A DNA stretch of 64,000 bases, taken from assembly GCA_017654855.1 (NCBI GenBank), contig CM030334.1, positions 124,001-188,000 on the forward strand. Direction: 5' to 3'. This DNA comes from Podospora anserina (lineage: Eukaryota). This document shows, piece by piece, positions 1 through 11,911 of this stretch (the stretch's first letter is position 1; each line of letters begins with the position of its first letter). The notes under the pieces were generated by a model, which was not told the DNA's origin, did no database searches, and worked only from the letters and a program-made list of their open reading frames with translations. Both the position numbers and the translations under genes were made by a program.

Positions 1-97
1 CAAGATGTGACACGGTCATTCCTACATCCTTTTTATTTATGACTGCTAACTCGAGTGATCCTACAGAAAAGCTCTTACAACCTCCAGGAATGGTCGT

Positions 98-1038
98 CTA
101 TCTCATGAACCCCCTCTTGCCATCACCATCAGCATCCTTCATGGGGTTCAGCCGGTCGAGCAAGCTGGGCTTCGCCTTCTCCGTGTTGATGCTGCTCGAG
201 CCAAGACCGGTCGTGCCAGTAGTGCTGGAAATGTTCTCTTCGGACGAGGACATGGACGAAGAAGAAGAAATGCCTGATGTACCAGTGGTGGCAGTGCTTC
301 TGCTGGTGCTCGAAGTCATCTTGTTGGGAGCGGGTCCGCTGCCAATCTCGTGGCCGCAGCCCTGCTGATGCACGCCCTTGGGGCAGCCCTCAAAGGCACC
401 GTAGCGCTCGGAGCTTCCTCCCAGAGCACCACCCTGCTGCTTGAATTCTTTCATCGACATGGCCGGGAGAGTGGTGGTGCCGTGGTGCTTGGCCTGCTCG
501 TGGTGGACCTCGTGGATGGGCACCGTGGTGTGGACCACTGAGGGTTGGATGGTCTCCTTGTGAAGAACAGGTTGAATCGTCTCGTGGACGTGGCTGCGAT
601 GACGAGTCAGTTGGGCTGTTGCTGCAGGCGGGATGTGGGGAAAACATACTGGTGAACCTGCTCACCCTGAACGACGGGGGCGTGGCTCTGCGTGTGGGTG
701 GTGCCCGTGACGGTGCGCTCATCTTTGAGCTTGCCGGCCTCGGCTCTCAAGGCTCTCTCGGTGGCCTCGTTGTCGCGGTTGTCGAACTCGCGGTTGACGA
801 CCTTGCCGCGGTTGTGGATGTGCTGCTCGGGAAGGACTTCGGTGTCGTGGATGGGCTGGACCTTGCGATGGTAGTGGTCCTGGTGGACCTCCTTGTCGAT
901 GGCGGTGTTGATCTCCTCGTGCTGGGTTGGGCGGACGGTTTCCTTCTTCACGGCGGGTGCGACCTGCTCCTCGACGGTGGTGTCGTGGTGACCTGCCTTG
1001 GAGACGAACTCGTCGACGGCTTGCTTTGCTCGATCCAT
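98..1038 (-). CDS. His-rich conserved fungal protein (family often auto-annotated as allergen); exons 1038-650 and 593-98
   Basis: ATG 1038 (MDRAKQAVDEFVSKAGHHDTTV). Intron 594-649 (GTATGT...CTGAC...CAG) joins ORFs 607-1119 and 98-538 in frame (VHHHVHETIQPV). C-terminus LLDRLNPMKDADGDGKRGFMR, TAG at 98-100. Confidence 0.85.
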
Positions 1039-1880
1039 GATGGTGAGTTGTTTGTTTCGGAAAGAGAGCTGAGGGTGAATTGGTGTGGGGAAGTTGATGG
1101 GTTGCAATAGACGGATCATGGATGGTGGGATGGAGTTCTTATAAGGTAACTCGCTACGGGTAGAACCTGGGGCTGGGGGGCATTGTCAATGGTGACGTTG
1201 GTCGATGACCTCAACCGCCATTGCTAGTGACGTTGACTCGTCTCCCATCTTGCTCGGACTCTGCGGCAGACTAGGTTCGATGTGTTGAGCAGATGCTGGC
1301 CATCTGATCATACATTACATGGTGTAGGTTCGCGGTTCGGGAGTCGTCGGAGGAAACGGTCCTCATCAACAAGGTAGTAAGGGTGGTGTGTTGGAGCCAA
1401 CATGGCCAACCAGTCTCCAGCAAACCCAACGATCGAGAGATCGGCGGATCGCCCGTATCCTCGTGCCTTAGTCCCGGGTCCAGACTCACAGGGCTATTCC
1501 TGGTTGATTGGTTGCAGTAAGGGGGGGGAGAGGGGGGGGGTGCTAGCCACTGCATCACCACACACCTCCAGCACAAAGATCGAAGCTATGGCCACGCATG
1601 ACGCTGTCCAGTGGATCAACAACGCTTACACGCGGGGAGAACCTCCAATCATGACGTTTAGCCTCTTCCAGATGGATACGCTACGATACGTGCTCGGGGA
1701 AGATCCGATCTCAGAGAGCATGGCAACCTACGGCAAGCTATGGCAATGTCCGTTGAACGCCGGCTTCTACCACGACCTAGTCTAGCTTCATCCACCTCAG
1801 CTCCCCCTTCATCGTGAAACATGCTCTCGTGTCGGTCTACTTTGGCAGTATAAGCACCAGTTCAAACTTGGGGAATCAGT

Positions 1881-2853
1881 ATGGGACAGAAGAGCAGTTG
1901 CCTCGCGCACAAACATACCGGTTTAGGAACCGCATCGGCCGAACAGCATCGCCAGCCTGAGAACGGCACAGCCCAGGACCTTCTCAAGGATATCGCCCGG
2001 AAAAGCAAGCTCCAGGCTCGCGGGATGTCGGGGAAATGTCAAGATGGCGAGGCTGGCACCGGGAGCTCGATGCACGTAGCGGAGCAGAATGGAAACGCAG
2101 TTGGCGAGAGTGCATCAACAAAGCGGTTGAGGATCACCTCAACTGAAGATACTGATACGGAGACAACTGTTACTGCGCGTAAGTTTGTCCCATTCTGTCG
2201 TCATAAAAATTGCATGTGGCTGACAGTGTGCGCACCGCTTGTTATCTAGCCGTCGTTCAAGAGGTCGTGAAACCCCACGTCCACGAGATTCGACAAGAGG
2301 AAATCCATCGCGACATTCATGTACACACAAACCACACCATTATCCAGCCTGTCTACGATCTCGAAGCTCTACCACCGCGGCACTTTGTCCCCGACGAGAC
2401 TGGAAAGCTGGTTGAGGTCAGCGAGTTAGACCTACCCGCGTGCACGGGACGAAATGCCCAATGGCACATCGCGGCTGGCCCCGTCCCCGACAAAACCAAG
2501 AGCAAGCAGGCTCTCGGGACGGCGGCGATTACCAAAACCGGGTCACCCAATAGCAGCAGCGGGGCCGTGAACGACTCGGACACTTCCTCGTCGACGGATT
2601 CCGTGCCCGTGATGGAGGTTGGCCAGCAAGAAGAAGCGGTAAGAATGATGACAACCACCCTATGATTGCGAGAAAAGACTCAACATCTGACTCGCAGTAT
2701 TGCCTCGCTCCCGAGCATCAGACGCCAATTGTGCAGAAGGCTGCCGTACCAAGGTCAACAACGACGCAAGCCAATGAAGGTACGACAAAGAAAACCTCTC
2801 GACTGCCGAAACCGTCGACTGCGGGTCAAACAACAACGGTGGCTGCAAAGTAG
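1881..2853 (+). CDS. His-rich protein related to the adjacent 98-1038 gene; exons 1881-2178, 2250-2638, 2698-2853 (start uncertain)
   Basis: Introns 2179-2249 (GTAAGT...CTGAC...TAG) and 2639-2697 (GTAAGA...CTGAC...CAG) join three ORF-track pieces in frame. Core PVVQEVVKPHVHEIRQEEIHRDIHVHTNHTIIQPVYDLEALPPRH. Confidence 0.7.
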
Positions 2854-3975
2854 CAAAGCCTGAGCTGCATTTGTGTCCATCTAGGTGTGTTGCGGGAAGG
2901 CTTTGTCATTGGTTGCCTATGTCTTCCTTTTGTTGTCAAAGTATGTTGGTCAAAGACACGGCGATTGTCAGTTAGTGGCTTGTTATTAAGCTTGGTGAGA
3001 GATGATTCAAGTTGGGAATGGTGGAAATTTAGGCGTGTCCAAGGTAGATACCTCCCTACAGCTAGGTACATGATTCTCTTTAAAGAAAAAAAAAATGGAT
3101 ATGGGTAGTGACTTTCCAGCCATGATTACAGTTGTGTATGGGAGCCAATATCATACTTGATGATAAAAGCTGAGATATAATGATGCGACTTGTGTCTACG
3201 GTAGGTGCGTCAGTTAAGGTACCTAGGTAGGTAGCTATTGTACTTAGTCTGGGCATCAACATGTGGTAGCTAGGTCTTTCAGATTGTCCTTGATAGAATT
3301 GTGGCACAATTCTCAACTCATGTAATGGCTAGAATAAAAGCAACGAGTCGTCGTCGTCGCCGTTGAGGTGACATTTCCCGTTGCCTCCAGCCCCTCATAA
3401 TCACGGCACCTCCCTGTAGCACCCACTCCACATTGAAGCATGCGATTAAGTGATTTTCATGCTTCTCTTCGATCATCAAATAGCCTAGAACTTCCTTTTG
3501 GCACAGTTCCATCACCACACATCACTAATGTCGTGTTGGAACAGCACAACCTCTATTCACCTCGGGTCTGGTAAACTTGTCACCCGGTCGACTGCATCAA
3601 GTCAAGTTTCCGAGTGTCGAAGTGAGGTGGAGAACAAGGAGAAACTTGATCAGTTTTGAATACCATACCTGTTCAAAATGAATCCCTTCGCATAAAGACC
3701 AAAAGCCAAAAGCGTCACTCCCTCTTTATTCATGAAGGCTGCTCGATCTGTGACATTTCTACATTGTTGTGAGCCTTCAGAGGATTTATACATGTCACAA
3801 TGCCTCAGGGCCATCGTAACTGGGTGTAACCACCTCATCTGCTTGAATCCTGAGCAAACGGCCTTTTCGACATTTTTGTGCTCTTGCTTGGGAGGCATAC
3901 CGATTAGACCTACCTTGGCCCACCTACTCCTACCCATTGTTGCTTAGGCACACTATCGATTTTAAATTTGCCAGA

Positions 3976-6042
3976 ATGGTCGACGTCACCGACGAAGATA
4001 ATTCGTACTGGTGGGCCAGATCGCCAGGCGACCTACAGATCTTTGATGTGCCTGACGTGCCGGTGCCCATCCTCAACCTTCATCCGATTCTTTACGAGTA
4101 TGAATACGACAAGTGGATGGAAAGGGTGGGAGCTATACCGGAAGCTGTAGTCGACCTTGACCCAAACTACAAGCCGTTACCCCCGAAGGATCTCGCGCCG
4201 GAACTTATGACGGTTCTGAGGTTCGGCAGAACACCAACTTGGCCAGACCTCTGGCGGGACGCGATCTCATCGCCCTACTTCGCTTGGCCAAACTACAAGC
4301 CCTGTCTGGGCGGCCCGATAACCTGTTTCACTTGTCTCAAGCCCCTGGACATCCCGTATGCCCAGGAGCCGGAGGGTGCCTTCGGAAACTATGACGGTGA
4401 GGCAGCATTCGAAGATGCCGTGATCGTCGAGGGATGCTCTCATATAATGGGCGCCGATTGCCTCCAGGCGTGGTTGAAATCCAAATACCCAAACGATGGC
4501 CAAAAGGACTTTTACCGTTGGGTCCGCGGCGAGATCATGCTAGGCGAATGGGATGAAGACTTTCAACAGAGAATCAAACCCTATCACGAGAACCCGGCCC
4601 TGCGGAGAACTATTGAACCTGGTTGCCCCATATGTGCTGCTCCCCAAACAATCGACACAAACTATGGCACAGAAACCATGGATCGCAGCGCCGTGACCTT
4701 CAAGTTCCCCAACATTAAACGCATCAACGTGCAGTGCATTCGGTCGTACGCCGAAATGACGGAAAACGACATGCTCGTTGCTGGGTTTCCCTGGATTGTA
4801 CTGCGGTCCAAGAAGAGCTATCGCGAGGAAGTGGAAAGGCAACGAGTCTACTTTAGAACCATATTAGAACAGCACGAACAGCTGGGTTGCGAAACACATC
4901 CGGACGTCCCCGGCGGGCCTTACAATGCCCTGGACTACGCCTATTTGAGGAACAAGGCCTACGAACGTGTGCTCATGCTCCACGTGGGAGAGTTGCTTTA
5001 TCAAGATCACCTGTGGAGATCACAGAACCCACACGTGGATGTTGACTCGGGCTCGGACGAGGATATGATGGATGTAGATGATGACGACAATAATCCACCG
5101 CCGCGGGGAGGGGGGGGGCCTGCCGCTGGAAACCGTCAACAGCCACGAACACCACCGAACCGGCAACCGCGACCACCAGTGGTGCATCGACCGCCGCCGC
5201 CGGCAAACCCACCGAACCCGGGCCTGGCGCGGCCGCCGATTGTCCCACGGTGGTTGAAACAAAGCAAGCGCAATCCCAACCCCCATCCAAGGCCGCTGGA
5301 TCCAAACGAGCCGGCACCACCGCCAGTCCTTCCGGCGCCGGACCCCTGGCCCCTGGACTATGACACTCCGGAAGAGCTGAACCCCCTTCGGTGTCCCTGG
5401 TGCGGCAGAGACGATTTCAAAAAAGCCACCGAAAGGCGCAAGCACGAGTACAGGTTTCATAACCGCCCTGACCTGGGAATGGGGGGGAGGCTAGCTCGAG
5501 ATGACCGTCGCGCTGCAAGGAAAGACGCAGCAGACATGCTCCGAGCAGCGCGTCGACTGCAAGAACTTCAGGCGGCGGACCCACCGCAAGGGGACGAGCA
5601 ACAACTTCGACAAGCGCAGCAAGCCTGGCTGGATGCGCGGAGACCACTGCGACCTGGGACGCAGCCGGATTCACCGCAACCGCCAGGAGAGGCCAGGACA
5701 GGCAGCCCGGCAGCGGAACGTGCAGAGCGACTGAGAGCCTTCTGGTCGGAACGTGCACAGCAGGATGAACAACAACGTGAGGAGTATAGGGCTAAGATAC
5801 AGCGCGAAGCTACACGACGTGAGCTGGAACCACATGAAGAACTGTGGCTGCAAGGGGGTCGGGCTGAAGAGGCACTTGTAGCTGCCCGGGTTGGCCGGGA
5901 ACAGCAGCAGCAGCGATTCGGGGCAGGACGGGCTGAAGCAACAATTTTAGCTGTGCGGCGGCAGCAGCAGCAACAGCAGCAGACACCAGAGCCCGAATCA
6001 CCGCCTGACGATATATACGGCGTATCACCACGCAGGTCGTGA
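3976..6042 (+). CDS. Intronless protein with RING-like domain, Pro-rich linker, C2H2 zinc finger and Gln/Arg-rich tail
   Basis: Long uninterrupted ORF with first ATG at 3976. RING-like CFTC...CSHIMGADCLQAW...CPIC; C2H2 finger CPWC-x12-HEYRFH. Confidence 0.75.
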   Translation: MVDVTDEDNSYWWARSPGDLQIFDVPDVPVPILNLHPILYEYEYDKWMERVGAIPEAVVDLDPNYKPLPPKDLAPELMTVLRFGRTPTWPDLWRDAISSPYFAWPNYKPCLGGPITCFTCLKPLDIPYAQEPEGAFGNYDGEAAFEDAVIVEGCSHIMGADCLQAWLKSKYPNDGQKDFYRWVRGEIMLGEWDEDFQQRIKPYHENPALRRTIEPGCPICAAPQTIDTNYGTETMDRSAVTFKFPNIKRINVQCIRSYAEMTENDMLVAGFPWIVLRSKKSYREEVERQRVYFRTILEQHEQLGCETHPDVPGGPYNALDYAYLRNKAYERVLMLHVGELLYQDHLWRSQNPHVDVDSGSDEDMMDVDDDDNNPPPRGGGGPAAGNRQQPRTPPNRQPRPPVVHRPPPPANPPNPGLARPPIVPRWLKQSKRNPNPHPRPLDPNEPAPPPVLPAPDPWPLDYDTPEELNPLRCPWCGRDDFKKATERRKHEYRFHNRPDLGMGGRLARDDRRAARKDAADMLRAARRLQELQAADPPQGDEQQLRQAQQAWLDARRPLRPGTQPDSPQPPGEARTGSPAAERAERLRAFWSERAQQDEQQREEYRAKIQREATRRELEPHEELWLQGGRAEEALVAARVGREQQQQRFGAGRAEATILAVRRQQQQQQQTPEPESPPDDIYGVSPRRS

Positions 6043-6130
6043 GGTACGGTAGGTATACAGAATAGATGTCACATATCCGCTTGCTTGTTTAGCATGAATT
6101 CAACAAGGCCTGCCGCAGAAAAAGGGCGTA

Positions 6131-6355
6131 TTTAGCCAAAAGCAAACATGTGCCGCGTCTTCCCCACAAAATGGACGTCGAAATGCCGTGTTCCAAACCA
6201 CCATGCCAAGGATCACCATGTGTAAAAGCTCCGATTGGCTGGACTGATCGGGAACTGGCATCTCAGATATAGCGGCTTTGCGGGGAAGTCGATCCATTGA
6301 TTATTTCCCAGAGACACGAGCCGTCAGGGTTTACCGTCTGGGGTGTTCCGGCTAA
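6131..6355. promoter_or_regulatory. Two candidate XlnR/XLR-1 sites (GGCTAA) upstream of the CE5 gene
   Basis: TTTAGCC at 6131-6137 (GGCTAAA on minus strand) and GGCTAA at 6350-6355. Confidence 0.45.
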
Positions 6356-6828
6356 GGGGAGATCCCAGGTGATTAGAGGTACCTTACCTAGCAGGCGGAG
6401 GGCCGATGTTGTCATCAACCGTGGAGTTTGCAACAGCTGGGAAGATGAACATACTCACCAATATGCTATGAATACTCGACATAAAGACATAAGACCTAAA
6501 GAACACTGGTAGGTGGGTACCTATGAAGGGAACAGTGAAAAGAGGACCTACCGTCAAAAAGGTTGACAGGTGACCTAACATCTAAGGGGCGATGGGAAAG
6601 ACATGTAATTAACATCAACACAACCTCGGCAATCATCCGCCGAGAAGATTACCCTTTGAGCGTTCAGCCACCCGTCCATCCGGACCCGGTCGAGGGGGAT
6701 CTTCAACATCATCTCTGTCTATAAAAATCCTCTCGTTCGCCCCCAATTGAATGGGCTCTGAAGGTGTCAGCAGTGAGCCGAGCCTCGACCCGTCACCAAC
6801 CTGTGCTCCTCTCATACCGCCTCTCAAA

Positions 6829-7576
6829 ATGAAGGTCTCAACCATCACCCTCCCTATGCTGGCCAGCCTGGCCACCGCCAACCCAGTCGAGCTCACCGAG
6901 CGACAATCCTGCCCCCCAATCCACATCTTCGGCGCCCGCGAGACCACAGTCCCCCAAGGCTATGGAACCTCCCAGGGGCTAGTCAACATGGTAGCCCAGG
7001 CCTACCCCGGCGCCACGCGGGAAGCGATCGTCTATCCCGCCTGCGGTGGGCAATCCCAATGCGGCGGTGTGAGCTACGAGAATTCTGCTCGCCAGGGGAC
7101 CGCCGCCGTGGTCCGCGCCGTTACAACCCTCAACCAGCGGTGCCCCGACACCAAGATCGTCCTGATCGGATACTCCCAGGGCGGTCAGATCATGGACGGC
7201 GCGCTCTGCGGCGGGGCGGGCGCTACCCTCACGGGTGCTCCTCTTGCTGCCGTCAAGGCGGCTATTTTCATGGGCGATCCGATGTATAACCAGGGGTTGC
7301 CGTACAATGTTGGGACTTGCAGGGCTAGAGGGGTATGTATCGTCCTTTGTATCTGTCGGTATGCTGGAGGTGCTGACGAGAATTGCGCAACAGTTTGCCG
7401 GCCGACCCAACGGCTTCCAGTGCTCCCCGGGCAACCCGGCAATCATCCAGTCGTACTGCGACTCGACCGACCCGTATTGCTGCACTGGCAACGATGCCAA
7501 CTCGCATCAGCAGTATGTCAACAAGTACGGGCAGCAGGCCTTGGCTTTCATCCGTCGCCAGCTGGATGCTGCGTAA
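6829..7576 (+). CDS. Secreted CE5 (cutinase-family) acetylxylan esterase, no CBM; intron 7333-7393
   Basis: Signal peptide MKVSTITLPMLASLATA; HIFGARETT; catalytic GYSQGG; FMGDP; SYCDSTDPYCC...SHQQY. TATAAAA at 6720. Confidence 0.92.
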
Positions 7577-7598
7577 GTTGTTGGCCGTGGCTTGGCAT

Positions 7599-7646
7599 CA
7601 AAAAGGGGTTCAGGGGTTCAGGGGGGTTACAAACAGTAGGGTTAGG
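7599..7646 (-). repeat. Short dispersed element, copy A (CCTAACCCTAC...CCCCCTGAACCCCTGAA...TTTTTG)
   Basis: Reverse complement aligns block-wise with 27986-28046. Confidence 0.6.
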
Positions 7647-8219
7647 ATAGCCTAAAATACCTATGACATTTCAGAAAGCTTCTCTGTGATTGCCCTGGTG
7701 AACGATACGTATATGTACCTCTTTCTGGAGCCTGATGTAAACAAAATGCCATTGTTCTTTTATCATGATGACGAAACTCGATGTTTAACAGACCTGAGGG
7801 CGCCTGAAAACCCTAACCCTCTTTCCAACCAAATGCCTCAGCTGGGTCAACAGTCAACATACGAACAAAGAGACCTCAAGGGTCCAGTGATTGGCTCCCA
7901 AATTCAATATGAGAATACGGAGACAGCTCCGAAAGAGGTTTACTCGCTTGGCAAGAAAGAAACCCGCATCCGGATTGTCAACACCAGTCTGGCCGCAACC
8001 AGGTGGTGGCTCTCATCGTGGTAGATGTAAAACAGGACCAGTAGAAGATGAGTTTCTTTATTGAGAAACATAAATCCCGGAGCCAATTCTTGTCCATGCC
8101 TCGGTTTGGACCATTTGCTTACCCCGTCAACTCGCAAGACAAGACAGCACTGAGCGAGCTCTCTCGAGCCATTCACATCGAGCAAAAGTCCGAGTCTCGT
8201 ACCATCCATAAGAGCGAAA

Positions 8220-9125
8220 ATGGGAGCCACATCCAGAGTTCTCCTCGTCCTATGCCGTCTAGGCGAACTCGTCTGCGGAGCCGTCGTTCTCGGTCTTCTG
8301 GGGCAGGCCTTCTCCTTGATCAACGACGCCGGCGTGCTCGAGCCCGAGGGACGACTGATCTACACCGCTGTCGTGGCCTCTCTGACGATACTTGACTCGT
8401 TAATATTCATCGTCCTGTTTGCGTACTCGTACTGGTCATTTTTACTGGACTTTATCCTGTTTGTCCTGTGGATTGTGGCTTTTGGGCTGCTCGAGTCGGT
8501 GAGTTGAACCAGAATGGATCTGAAAGATGAATATACTGACGGGCGTTGCAAACGAAGCTTACCGGCATCCACACCTGCTCCTCCTTCTGGTTTAACAACT
8601 ACTGGGGTTATTACTGGGGCAGGTGGTATGTCCGCGGGCCACCTGGCATGGACATCAACTGGACGGGCTGCAACGCGTGGAGGACGGTCTTGGCCTTCAG
8701 CTTCATCGCCTCGATGATTTACCTTGCCAATGGCTTCTTGGTGAGTGCCTCCTACCTACCTACTTTTCGCTGCCTTGTCTCGCACGCTGACTGACCGACA
8801 CAGGGTGTGTACTGGACTCTGGAGTACGGCAACATCAGAACAAGGTCCAAGGGCTTCTTTGAGTAAGTTCGGCTTCTATACAGCCTTCGCATTCTGCCTA
8901 CTTGAAACTTTCGCTGACCAACATCTGCACAGACGCAGAAGAGGATTGGGTGGCGATACTGGCGGCGCCAGTGGACATCTTATCAAGGAGGGTGGCCCTG
9001 GGATCACGCAGACTCCTGTTCAGCATCGCAATGGCGTTATGGGGGCTGGACTGAACAATGCCGCCCCTGCAACTCCGGTCAACACATTGCCAGCTGATAC
9101 CGTAGACCCGGCTGCAAGAGTGTAG
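8220..9125 (+). CDS. MARVEL-like four-TM membrane protein; introns 8499-8557, 8741-8803, 8863-8932
   Basis: Four hydrophobic segments. Motifs LDFILFVLWIVAFGLL and GCNAWRTVLAFSFIA. Three introns with CTGAC branch sites keep the frame to TAG at 9125. Confidence 0.8.
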
Positions 9126-11580
9126 ACGATCGAAGGCTGCGGGAAGGGGGTTTTGAGACGGCGAGCTCGTGGTTCGACGGTTATGTATCACGGCCGTCAA
9201 TTTCATACGTCGAAAGCCTTGCATGTGGTGTACCAGGTTCATCAGATATGATCAAGGCGATATATGGAATGGGTTCAAACCTGACACGTTGCAGTGAGAA
9301 TGAATAGATTGGATCACGCAGAAGAGGGTTGTTCATATGAGTCACCATATATGGTTCATCTCTTCCAGTTGTGGTCACAAGTGGACGCACTGTCATGTTC
9401 CATTTCAATCTGGAACCTGATGAAACAAGTAAGTTGCCCCCAGAGATCAGGTAAGACTCGGGTGACGACCAGCTGCCTTGTCGTTGTCAATGCGCGTAGG
9501 CAGGCCCTACAAATTTACAGCAGAAATAGGCTCAGTGCACCGTCAACACCAGTCCTGGGTATTGACTTTATTCACTAATTGTACATCAAGGTTCATGCCT
9601 GTTAGGCTAGCATAACACCATCCCATCTGCTAGGTAGGTAAAAACTCAGGGGCTACTCCACACCACTCCACAGACATTGACACATTAACACATTACAGTC
9701 ATTACCCCCTCTTTCCAAATCTCCCTCATAATCCACCTTCATTGCCTATCAGACTTCTTCTACCTTTTATCAAGTACCGAGCAAGATAAATCAACATAAT
9801 AATAACAAGGTACCTGTGACATGCCACTTCTAAACCAAGCCTGACATCTTTGTTGACTTTCACTGTGGCAACTTTAGTAACCTGCCTGATTGGGCGTCGT
9901 ATTCACAATGATATAAAAGATCGCCCAGGCAAGTACCGCAACAACCCAAAATCTCGGTGTAATCCACGGCTTTCCACCCCCACCACAAGTGTGTAACGGT
10001 GACATCGCCCAAGACAAAAAACGTTGCCTGTGATGATCCAAAACACCACCATAGAGTGGCGTCAAACAAAAGCATGTGGTAACTCCAGGACGGTTAGACG
10101 CATAGCCATGATCAAAGTGTCAATCTACCTACCTTACCTACCTCTTCCCTCCATCACGAACAAGAGACACCACAACCTGCAACCCACAGTTGTTTGATCA
10201 GAATTAACATTTACCTGGTATCCAAAATCCCAACATGCCTATCAAAAACTAATGCTATCCAAAGAAAAAAAAGAAAAAAAAGCAAAGAAAAAAAAAGCAA
10301 AAGGGTATATTTGTAGCACAGACAGACACACCTTTCTCTTGGCACCAACAAACCTAAAGCCTGCAAGAGCAAAGATTACTTTCCGCCAGAAAAAGAACAT
10401 GCACCCCCCCCATCCAGCCAAAAAGCATGGCGTGAAAAGGCCTCCAAGATACCTGAAAACAACAAGAAGCCCTGACAAATTTCCACCAGAAACAGAAAAG
10501 ATGCTCTACTAATAAAAATGCGTTCGCGCGCATGTGCATGTGTGTTGCTCCGCCAGCTCCCAAAGTTACCCATGCCCAAGAGTCCCTTTTTGATAACCGA
10601 TACATGGAGTCCCAGGTTCCCTACCTAGGTACCTACCATCCAACCCATTTCACCGACACCAGAAACAAAACAAGACGGGGAAAAAAACAAGGAAAAACAA
10701 AAACAGGAAACGCAGGAAGCCAAAACAAGATGGGTGACAAACACATGAAACAAAGACGGGGCAAATCTCCAAGGCTAAGCACAACCAAGGCAACCTCAAA
10801 GTCCACAACAGTCACAAAGGCTGCGCAAGCAGACGACGACAACGACGACGACAACCACCTCACACGTCCTTGAGCACAGCCACTCCTAGACTCATGCCCT
10901 CCCCACCACCATCGAACCCGTGGCCTTGAACAAAAGCCGGACAATTTGCCCCCGAAGCCCCATTCACAACAAGACATCGGGTAGATATCTCCCTCCCGCC
11001 CCCGCCCAACAAGAGAGAGGGAGGGAGTGAGCCTTGATACCGTTGCCAAGAGCCCCCATGTGTATGCACCTGACCAACGGGGGGGAGGTGTCCTGCCGGC
11101 ATCTAAAGTCTCGCGAACGTGTCTCGGGATCGGATCCGGATGGCAGATGAGCAACCAACCTTGACCAACGCGGATACGGTGCGTCATGCAGACGCCATAG
11201 GTAATCCCTACCGATCCCGGCCAGCAGCAAGGCAGGCAGATGCTGCTCCCATGGCTGGCTGGTGTGCGACCACCCAGATCATGCAGTAAACCCGGAACGG
11301 TAGTTCCATTCGTTGCCGTATAGACACACGCCCAGTCCCATCTTCTCGAAAGACAACCTGGAAGGTGGTCGAGTCCAAGCTGCCCAGACTTGACAAAATA
11401 AAATGCGGGTCGGTCGGAGACTTTGAGATGGTGCCACACCTGGGGAGGGGGTCCTCGGGACGTGCCTAGCGGGCGAGATGGAGGTGGCCTCTGGTCAATG
11501 ATTGGCCGTGCCACACCAGCTGACCCAAACTCCCACTACTAGATGTCCCACACACCACACCCATACACACACTCTAACAA

Positions 11581-11599
11581 ACACACACACACACACACA
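11581..11599. repeat. (AC)n microsatellite
   Basis: acacacacacacacacaca, flanked by further CA-rich sequence at 11548-11572. Confidence 0.9.
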
Positions 11600-11718
11600 A
11601 CGGTCTCCGCCCAGGTTTGTCGTGAGAGAAGAGGCAAGGTCCTCTCGAATCCTGACGGTCCTGTTCGGATGGTTGAATCCCAGTTATCGACAACCCCATC
11701 TGATATCCTCGTGCGCGC

Positions 11719-11719
11719 G

Positions 11720-11770
<51 letters not shown>
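11719..11770. repeat. (GT)n microsatellite, ~26 units
   Basis: Near-perfect GT run with one GC interruption. Confidence 0.95.
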
Positions 11771-11773
<3 letters not shown>

Positions 11774-11911
11774 ATGTTTTCCCGTATTCCGTGCACACCA
11801 CCAACCCCTTGGCTCCTCCATCTGCCACGGTCACAACGGCTTTGACGTCAAAAAAAGCCCTGCGGGGGTTTGTTGTCGACAATGAGGACCAACAGCCGAC
11901 GGCCCACTCGA

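Noticed and set aside
1402..1785. 127-aa ATG ORF between the His-rich paralogs
   Set aside because: No motif or codon bias; sits in the divergent promoter
10633..11514. 293-aa minus-strand ORF downstream of medA
   Set aside because: No recognisable motif or codon bias; includes low-complexity T-rich sequence; more likely 3'UTR or intergenic
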